In this document: positions 17,914 through 24,335 of the stretch, one piece after another
Layout: each line of letters begins with the position of its first letter
Numbering within the stretch: the stretch's first letter is position 1
IMG/VR virus record: IMGVR_UViG_3300033067_000468
Span: 1 to 26,499 of that record
Length of the DNA stretch: 26,499 nucleotides
Direction: 5' to 3' (one strand)
Source of the DNA: a virus
Taxonomy: Duplodnaviria; Caudoviricetes
The notes under the pieces: generated by a model
What the model was told of the DNA's origin: nothing
The model's database searches: none
What the model saw: only the letters and a program-made list of their open reading frames with translations
Position numbers and translations under genes: made by a program

Positions 17914-18867
17914 TTACGGCGTGTTCTTGTTGACGACGATCAGTTCCTTGGTCGTGCCGGATGATCGTGCAATCAGCGGCATCGGCATCTGAATCTCTGT
18001 CTTGCCGCGCACGTTGGGAGTCGGTGCTTTGGCTTGCAGTTTGGCAAACTGAAACTCCGTGTTCAGCGTTGACGACATGCTCAGCTTTAGCTTGCCTGGA
18101 ACACCAGCAATTAACTCAGATCGAATTGGGCTGTTGGTGCTGGTGAACACGCTTCCCACCTGCAAGGCCACGCGTCGATTCTGCGGACAAAGCGACGTTG
18201 CCAGAAGACTGTTCACCCAGCGCCGCTGGATGGCGTTGTTGATGAGAAGCTGAAACGACGTCATTTCCACCGCAAGGGCACCGCCCGAGAGTGTCAGCGT
18301 TAGCGTCGAATCTTCAAACACATAGGGGTTGAAGTCAGCTGTTACGCCGATGGTGGCTGTTGGGTAGGTGTAATTTGCTGCTAGTTCTGTTTCGCTCTTG
18401 GCAACAATATCGAGAACCAACTGAACATAGCTGGGTGCGTTACCTTGGGCGGATTGCCCAATTAGCATGGCACGGTTGACGTAGACCTCGTTGTAGCGGA
18501 AACCGGCGTTCACCTTGTCGAAGATCATGTCGAAGTCGATCAGACCTTCGCCCAGGTTGAAAGTTGTCAGGCCGGTTCCTGTAACCCCAGCAGCACCTAA
18601 GATGCGGGGAAGCCACGCCTGCATTTCGCTCGGGCTCGTCGTCATCACCAAGGGGCCGTCAATCGGGCTGGCGCTCTGCCGTGTCCGTTCACTGGCCTCA
18701 CTGCGCGTTCCGCGAATCCCGTTGGTGGCTGCTACCACCGCACGATTCTGGATGTCCTCTGACAGAAACTCGTAGCTCTCGGCGTAGGTGGTGAACCCAC
18801 GCGGAGAGGAACCGTTGCCATCGACGTAGAGGCGGGCCTTAGCACCTTGGGCGCATTCGTTACTCAT
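17914..18867 (-). CDS. Major tail tube protein, 317 aa
   Basis: AGGAG RBS. FLSEDIQ...TNGIRGTRS...IDGPLVMTTSPSEMQAWLPRILG, FRYNEVYVNR and MTSFQLLINNAI fit the two-domain tube (Phage_tube_2-like) pattern; follows the terminator-like gene. Confidence 0.75.
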   Translation of the reverse strand: MSNECAQGAKARLYVDGNGSSPRGFTTYAESYEFLSEDIQNRAVVAATNGIRGTRSEASERTRQSASPIDGPLVMTTSPSEMQAWLPRILGAAGVTGTGLTTFNLGEGLIDFDMIFDKVNAGFRYNEVYVNRAMLIGQSAQGNAPSYVQLVLDIVAKSETELAANYTYPTATIGVTADFNPYVFEDSTLTLTLSGGALAVEMTSFQLLINNAIQRRWVNSLLATSLCPQNRRVALQVGSVFTSTNSPIRSELIAGVPGKLKLSMSSTLNTEFQFAKLQAKAPTPNVRGKTEIQMPMPLIARSSGTTKELIVVNKNTP

Positions 18868-18878
18868 TGAAACAACTC

Positions 18879-19337
18879 CTAAATTCTGCCTTCACGCATC
18901 CAGCATGTAATTAACAAAGTGCTAACTTCCATTCGTCGGCCATTGATGACCTGAAACAACTTGCCATCACGCACAAGGCAGTTGACGCGGTTGCATCCCG
19001 TAGCGGTCACATTTAAGCGGCTGTTGCTGAAACGCCGCCTAATCGCTTCCTTCCAGGTCGGTACTACGTCCCAGTTCTCCGTCATGCTCACGTCGCTGCC
19101 GGTGGAAAAAATCAGGTGAACAGGATAGCCACGGTCGTCTCGCTCGTTGGTTCCCGCCGCTTCTAATACGTCACCGCCTACCAAGGTCAGGCCGCGATAA
19201 AACAGGCCATCCTTTTGCAGTGGTTCACGTCGAATAAACATTTCGTCTTTGCGGAAGCCAGGAAGCAGCCCGGAATCTGCCATCGCTGCAATTTCCGTCT
19301 TGACCGCATCCATGTAGCTTTTGTAGATGGATGTCAT
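18879..19337 (-). CDS. Putative tail terminator/neck protein, 152 aa
   Basis: Size and position between adaptor and tube; N-terminal helix, GTNERDDRGYPVHLIF strand, second helix, terminal strand. Confidence 0.55.
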   Translation of the reverse strand: MTSIYKSYMDAVKTEIAAMADSGLLPGFRKDEMFIRREPLQKDGLFYRGLTLVGGDVLEAAGTNERDDRGYPVHLIFSTGSDVSMTENWDVVPTWKEAIRRRFSNSRLNVTATGCNRVNCLVRDGKLFQVINGRRMEVSTLLITCWMREGRI

Positions 19338-20473
19338 GGAGTAATCGGTGCCTCCGTGCGATAGACAAGGAAGGATGCCATCGGCACGTTTCCGTTTACT
19401 GGGCTGCGGTGGTCGGCTTCCATTGCGGCGCGACAGGCTGACATTGCCAAGGCTTCTTTCTCAGCTACGTCCTTGCGATTCCCAATCTTGGCAAACTGTG
19501 CCACGCACAACGCTTGAAACGCTCCCATCATCGAGCCATATTCCATGTCGAGCGGATCGCTAACCGTCGCAGCCACCGCAGTCAGTTCGATGTCCACGGG
19601 CTGGTCGATGGTCACAACGGTTGCACTGGTCCGCGACGTAATGACTCGCTGGGCATAAAACGGGTTCGCATCTACCATGCTGGTTGGCGCTGTAGCACTG
19701 GAAGAGAAACGAATAATGCTTCCTTCACACCCAACCGGAAACACGCTCGTCGTCGCTGTTGCCGTGGTGGTTCCGACAGGCACGCTACACGCTGGCACGC
19801 TGATACTGGCGATTCTCAGTTCGCGCGGTGATCGTTCGTAACCAATCTCGTACAGTCGAGACGTGGAAGGTGGTGGAACCAGTGTGATCCCGATGCTTCC
19901 CAAAAACTCTTGGTCACCACGCACGAACGCATAGATCGGGTCACCGCTGGTGGTGATGCTATCGTAGGCAGCATTGACCGCATTCTGAATTGGAATGCGA
20001 CGATGCAACTGCGTATCTAGCAAAAACTCAGACCGCTTAAAGTTGACAGGAAGTGAGTAAGTCTCCTGAAATAACTCGTAAGTAGTTGCTACGGAAATAT
20101 CGCTAGCTGGGCAGGAGTCGAGCTTCAGCGTAATCGAGGTGTCGCTATTGCGCGTCTCGACGGTATAAGGAAGCGTTGCAATCCTCAGTCGCCCACGGGC
20201 CGCCCATGAAGGGAACGTGCCACCAGACAGCGTTACCACCCGCGTCGTTGCGTTGTAGGTGATCGTGCCGGTCGTGTATGGGGCGTTCGCCGTGAAGTTG
20301 TAGCGAGCTTTGTAGATCGACCAAACAGACGTGATGTTGTACAGTCGGCGCATGGCTTCCATGACGGCCCGCTTGGCATTGCGGACATTCATCAGCGCCG
20401 TAGGCTCCAGCCCCTCGCTATCGAGAATGAAGTCCACGGCATCCTGGTAGGTCCAAATGATGGTCTGGCTCAT
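19334..20473 (-). CDS. Head-tail adaptor protein with beta-rich insertions, 379 aa
   Basis: TYQDAVDFI...AKRAVMEAMRRL helices, ETYSLPVNFK, ITLVPPPSTSRLYEIGYERSP and a C-terminal helix pair, typical of adaptors accompanying P22/SU10-type portals. Confidence 0.65.
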   Translation of the reverse strand: MSQTIIWTYQDAVDFILDSEGLEPTALMNVRNAKRAVMEAMRRLYNITSVWSIYKARYNFTANAPYTTGTITYNATTRVVTLSGGTFPSWAARGRLRIATLPYTVETRNSDTSITLKLDSCPASDISVATTYELFQETYSLPVNFKRSEFLLDTQLHRRIPIQNAVNAAYDSITTSGDPIYAFVRGDQEFLGSIGITLVPPPSTSRLYEIGYERSPRELRIASISVPACSVPVGTTTATATTSVFPVGCEGSIIRFSSSATAPTSMVDANPFYAQRVITSRTSATVVTIDQPVDIELTAVAATVSDPLDMEYGSMMGAFQALCVAQFAKIGNRKDVAEKEALAMSACRAAMEADHRSPVNGNVPMASFLVYRTEAPITP

Positions 20474-20483
20474 GGTCTAACCC

Positions 20484-20511
20484 TTGACTTTCTGCTGGAC
20501 ACCGGTAAAGT
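20484..20511 (+). promoter_or_regulatory. Putative sigma70 promoter of the recombinase gene
   Basis: TTGACT-N16-TAAAGT, 40 nt upstream of ATG 20552; AAAGGG RBS; bracketed by the inverted repeat GTCTAAC (20475-20481) / GTTAGAC (20510-20516). Confidence 0.45.
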
Positions 20512-20551
20512 TAGACGAACCCCGTTTACTACCACCAGAAAGGGTAATAGT

Positions 20552-21382
20552 ATGCCGAAGTATTTCGTTTACAGCCGAGTCTCTACAGCCAAGCAGGACG
20601 ACAGCCTCCTGAAGCAGAAGGAGGTCACCGACAGATGGATCGCAAGCAACCTGAAAACCCGGCTGGCCGACTACGTTTATGGCGGTGATTTCTCGGATGA
20701 AGCGGTCAGTGGCAGCACGCCAATCCTGCACCGGCCCGCTGGATACCGCATGTTTGCCGAGTGCAAAAAGGGGGACATGATTATCACGGCCGACTTCACG
20801 CGGGCCTTTCGTTCCGCTGCTGACTGCGCGAATACCATTCAAATCCTGGACGCCAAGGGGATTCTGCTGGTGATCCTGGACCCCACAATTGACCTCGGGA
20901 CCGATACGGGGCGATTGATCGCGCAAATGCTGGCTTCCGTCGCCGAGTTTGAACGCAAGACAATTGTGAAGCGAACCGTGGAGGCGGTCGAATCGCAGCA
21001 GGCGCGAGGAATTTTCGCCATTCCTCCGCGCGGGTGGATGCGCGGGGGGCATTGGGGGCGGGCTCGCAGGCAACCGGGAGACCCACCACCCGAGGAGCAT
21101 CCTGTTGTGCCGGACATTGAAATGCGTGAGAACGTCGCCATGATGGCAAAGTTGCACGAGAAGTCCAAACTTGGTTGGGGCCGCTTCGTCAAATCGCTTC
21201 GCGCCGACCTTCGTAGAAGGCCCGATGGAAAACTGTGGACAGGCCACTCGCTGCAAATCTGGGTCTTCGCCATGCGCAATGGATGGCCACTGCGCGCACA
21301 CCGCAAAGAGAGCATGCGCGAGTACAAGCGTAAGCGCAAAACCGAGCAGACTAGCGTGTTTTTGGGGCATGGCGCTCAATGA
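20552..21382 (+). CDS. Serine recombinase (resolvase catalytic domain plus short recombinase-type DNA-binding domain), 276 aa
   Basis: YSRVSTAKQ (catalytic Ser10), DEAVSGS, RPAG, GDMII, TRAFRS, DTGRLIAQMLASVAEFERKTIVKRT; C-terminal PPRGW and DGKLW. Confidence 0.92.
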   Translation: MPKYFVYSRVSTAKQDDSLLKQKEVTDRWIASNLKTRLADYVYGGDFSDEAVSGSTPILHRPAGYRMFAECKKGDMIITADFTRAFRSAADCANTIQILDAKGILLVILDPTIDLGTDTGRLIAQMLASVAEFERKTIVKRTVEAVESQQARGIFAIPPRGWMRGGHWGRARRQPGDPPPEEHPVVPDIEMRENVAMMAKLHEKSKLGWGRFVKSLRADLRRRPDGKLWTGHSLQIWVFAMRNGWPLRAHRKESMREYKRKRKTEQTSVFLGHGAQ

Positions 21383-21983
21383 CCTGTTCCTTGACTTCGT
21401 GAATCTTCTTAGGGTTCTTGCGGACTTTTTCCGCCAGAGCCGGATCGCTTGACAGCTTTTTCTCGGTCAGTTCGTTTACCAAGTCAGGGGCCAGTCGAAC
21501 TTTCTTCACTGGCTCGCCATCATCACGACGGCCACGAATCTTGATCGCGCCGTCCATGTCGAGGTTCTTCTTTTTGCAAACCGTCCGAACGTCGCTGAGG
21601 TCGCTGACCCAAGCATCCGGGTCGATGTAGCTTCCTAGCGCTCCTTCGTAGAACTTCCCTTGCGTGTTGATCCCATGCTTCTGGGCAAGCTCGGTAATGC
21701 CGGTGGTCAGTTCGTCTCCCCAGCCTTCCATGTCGGCTCGTGCTGCTTGCTGGTAAGCCTTGTCGGAATACCGCGTTCCCGGTGGCTGCTGGAGCGCACA
21801 CATCGCCGCCCACTCCACGTCCTGGTCGTTACGCATACACTCGTTGTAAATCTCGATTGCCTTTGGCCCGCGGCACATTACCTGCTCGCGAATGGAGGCT
21901 TCGATGTCATCCCACGAACGCGCCCTCGGGGATCGGCTGCTGATCGCCTTCTGGCTGGGATGGAGCAGTTTGCATTTGCTCAT
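21351..21983 (-). CDS. Hypothetical phage protein downstream of portal
   Basis: Protein-like ORF filling the space after the portal (AMCALQQPPG, HGINTQGKFY, DPDAWVSD). Start uncertain: 21983 overlaps the portal by 77 nt; ATG 21878 is an alternative. Confidence 0.65.
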   Translation of the reverse strand: MSKCKLLHPSQKAISSRSPRARSWDDIEASIREQVMCRGPKAIEIYNECMRNDQDVEWAAMCALQQPPGTRYSDKAYQQAARADMEGWGDELTTGITELAQKHGINTQGKFYEGALGSYIDPDAWVSDLSDVRTVCKKKNLDMDGAIKIRGRRDDGEPVKKVRLAPDLVNELTEKKLSSDPALAEKVRKNPKKIHEVKEQVIERHAPKTR

Positions 21984-23964
21984 TGGGTTGTCCTTCTACT
22001 GGTGGTGGTGGTGATTGTGGTAGTTGGGGTGGCAATGCTTGAATCTGGAACGGTGCGGGGTCGATGTCATTCGCCTTCGCCCACTCCGTAAGGAACGCAT
22101 TCAGAGGGGCTGGGTTTCCAAGCTGAAACACCGACTGAAATACCGGCAGGGCGTACTGGCCAAACTCTTGCAGGGCCTGCGCCTTCTGCTGCTTGTTCTG
22201 TTTGCGGGCTGATCCTGCAACAACGCGGAAGTGGTAATCTCGGACCACAGATTCCACGTCGTCCATCAAGACCTGGCTGTCCCATACTTGGGCCCCAAGA
22301 GGCCCCAGGATTGGTTCAACGTCCTTGCCGTCTAGCAGCCATCGCGCAGCCTCAATGAACTTCATGCCGACCATCGACAAGGCGTCTTCCACCTTGTTGG
22401 CCATGTCGTCAGGCCGAACGCTGACGTTCTGGTCCTTCACGTTGGCTTCGGCGGCAGATCGCATCTGGCGAGACGACAGGCCGTAAACCAGTTCTGTTAG
22501 GCCGGTTCGCTTGTCGATCTGCTCCATCACCTGCGAAATCATCTGCCAGATAGAGGCAGGGAAGTCAGGTGACTGAATGAACTTCAGGGCTTGTTCGAGG
22601 TTGCCGTTTACTTCTCCAACTTCAAGCTGAACAAACGGCATTCCGCCGCCGCCTTCTTCCAGTTGCTTCTTAATCTCCAGGGCAACCGACTTCATCTTGG
22701 CAACGTAGGTGGTGCAGCTTTGGGCGGTCTTGTCGGCAAGGAACGACATGCACCAATTGATAAACCGCAGTTCGCCCATGACAGGCTTGAACATCGACAG
22801 CGGCCAAACGCTATTCATCTTCTCGTAGAAGTAGATAGGCACGACTGGCCAGCCGCCGCCGCAATGTTCGTCGGCGTAGAATGGAACCTTCCACTCGATG
22901 GAGGTTCGCAAGGCTTCCTGATCGTCTAGCGCCCACGATGGAGCGTTCAGCGGGAACGGCACACCTTTGCACACAACGATACGGCAAAAGTCACCTGCCC
23001 ACTCCATGTTCATCTGATCGCCGTCGATGATGTTCGTTCGCTCAGCAGCCGACTTCAGGCGGTCACCAAACCCGTTCTTGGAGTAGATGTCCCAGTATTC
23101 GACTAGATCAAAACTTCCGCTTGCCGCTGGATTGCTTGAACTGTGCGGTTGCTGCGTTGTATTCGGTGGCTGCACCGTCCCTTGTAGGTTTCCGCTCTGG
23201 TACGATCCCTTGATGGACCCTGCTGGAAGATTGAACTTACGCTCGACGACATTACGTGGCTCGACATAGCGACGCGCGATCCATTGGACGTTGGAACGCT
23301 GCGTAGCGTCTGGGTCCTGCTGGAGGTCGTCTACCGAAAAATACTCTGCCCGAGGGTAGCGGATGCTACCGCTAATCGGTTCGTACATATCCACCCACAA
23401 GCAGCCCATTCCCTTTACCATCGCCTCTGTCAAGGCTTGGCGAACTTGCTCCTTCAGTCCGGTCTCTTGGATGAGCCAGTTGATAAAGAAAGCGAAGTAT
23501 TCCGCCTGAGTCTTGCGAGACGATTCCTTGGCCTGCTGTTGCAACATCAGTTGCTGGAACATCAGCGGGTCGAGGGTTGGCGTTGCTTCCGCAACAGGAA
23601 TGGGGAGCGGAACGTGATTGACAGCAAAGTCCGGGTTCTGAAAGTAGAGCGCCGGACCAAACAGCGCTACCGACTCAAAGGGCTTGTTGCAGGTCATCCG
23701 AAAGCGAGGAAGCTCTGTCCCTTGCTCCAGAAAACCACCCTTGTTGGCGTTAGCAACCTCTTGCTGCCACATCCAGTTCAGGGGCCCGTCAAAGAAGTTT
23801 GCGGCTTCCGTGGCGTAGCGTCCAAACTGCTCCTGCTTGCGTGCCTTGGCAACTTCCAGCTTTCCAAGCCAGTCCATGCAAACACGCTTCAGCGGATGCG
23901 GCATTGAAGCCACTTCCTGTGCAACCTGCTGCTCGGCAATTTTTTGTTCTGGCGTGGAAGGCAT
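21907..23964 (-). CDS. Portal protein (P22/SU10-like large portal), 685 aa
   Basis: Follows the terminase. ALTEAMVKGMGCLWV, SVDDLQQDPDA...VQWIARRY, IDKRTGLTELVYG...RSAAEA and YHFRVVAGS motifs; Q/P-rich tail. Confidence 0.85.
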   Translation of the reverse strand: MPSTPEQKIAEQQVAQEVASMPHPLKRVCMDWLGKLEVAKARKQEQFGRYATEAANFFDGPLNWMWQQEVANANKGGFLEQGTELPRFRMTCNKPFESVALFGPALYFQNPDFAVNHVPLPIPVAEATPTLDPLMFQQLMLQQQAKESSRKTQAEYFAFFINWLIQETGLKEQVRQALTEAMVKGMGCLWVDMYEPISGSIRYPRAEYFSVDDLQQDPDATQRSNVQWIARRYVEPRNVVERKFNLPAGSIKGSYQSGNLQGTVQPPNTTQQPHSSSNPAASGSFDLVEYWDIYSKNGFGDRLKSAAERTNIIDGDQMNMEWAGDFCRIVVCKGVPFPLNAPSWALDDQEALRTSIEWKVPFYADEHCGGGWPVVPIYFYEKMNSVWPLSMFKPVMGELRFINWCMSFLADKTAQSCTTYVAKMKSVALEIKKQLEEGGGGMPFVQLEVGEVNGNLEQALKFIQSPDFPASIWQMISQVMEQIDKRTGLTELVYGLSSRQMRSAAEANVKDQNVSVRPDDMANKVEDALSMVGMKFIEAARWLLDGKDVEPILGPLGAQVWDSQVLMDDVESVVRDYHFRVVAGSARKQNKQQKAQALQEFGQYALPVFQSVFQLGNPAPLNAFLTEWAKANDIDPAPFQIQALPPQLPQSPPPPVEGQPNEQMQTAPSQPEGDQQPIPEGAFVG

Positions 23965-23966
23965 GG

Positions 23967-24335
23967 TTATTGCTTATTCTTGGCTTCGATCTTGCGGATA
24001 CGTTCGGTTAGCTCAGCGACGATCTTTGCAAGCCCCTCTAATTCGACGCGGCTTGGCGGGCTATCCGGGCAGAAGTCCCAGGAGCCGTTGCGCTTCTTTT
24101 GGTCGGGAAACTTCTTGAAGCGAGGGTCGCTAATGTGGTAGATGTTCTGCCCACTCGCCGTTCCACGCAGCGTCGTGAGGTTGATGCTTTTGGCATTCAC
24201 GCTGTCCACGATTGCCACAAGGGGATCAATGCCATTCACCTTTTCGCCATACTCGTAGTACAGGACAACCTGCCCCACGACAGGACGTGGCATTACCCAA
24301 ACTTCTGGTTCTTGCTGAAGGGTTTCAGTCGTCAT
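23967..24335 (-). CDS. Hypothetical protein (small beta domain plus C-terminal coiled coil), 122 aa
   Basis: Start reassigned to ATG 24335 (TAATG overlap with terminase stop). PVVGQVVLYY...PLVAIV, GSWDF, terminal LAKIVAELTERIRKIE helix. Confidence 0.7.
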   Translation of the reverse strand: MTTETLQQEPEVWVMPRPVVGQVVLYYEYGEKVNGIDPLVAIVDSVNAKSINLTTLRGTASGQNIYHISDPRFKKFPDQKKRNGSWDFCPDSPPSRVELEGLAKIVAELTERIRKIEAKNKQ

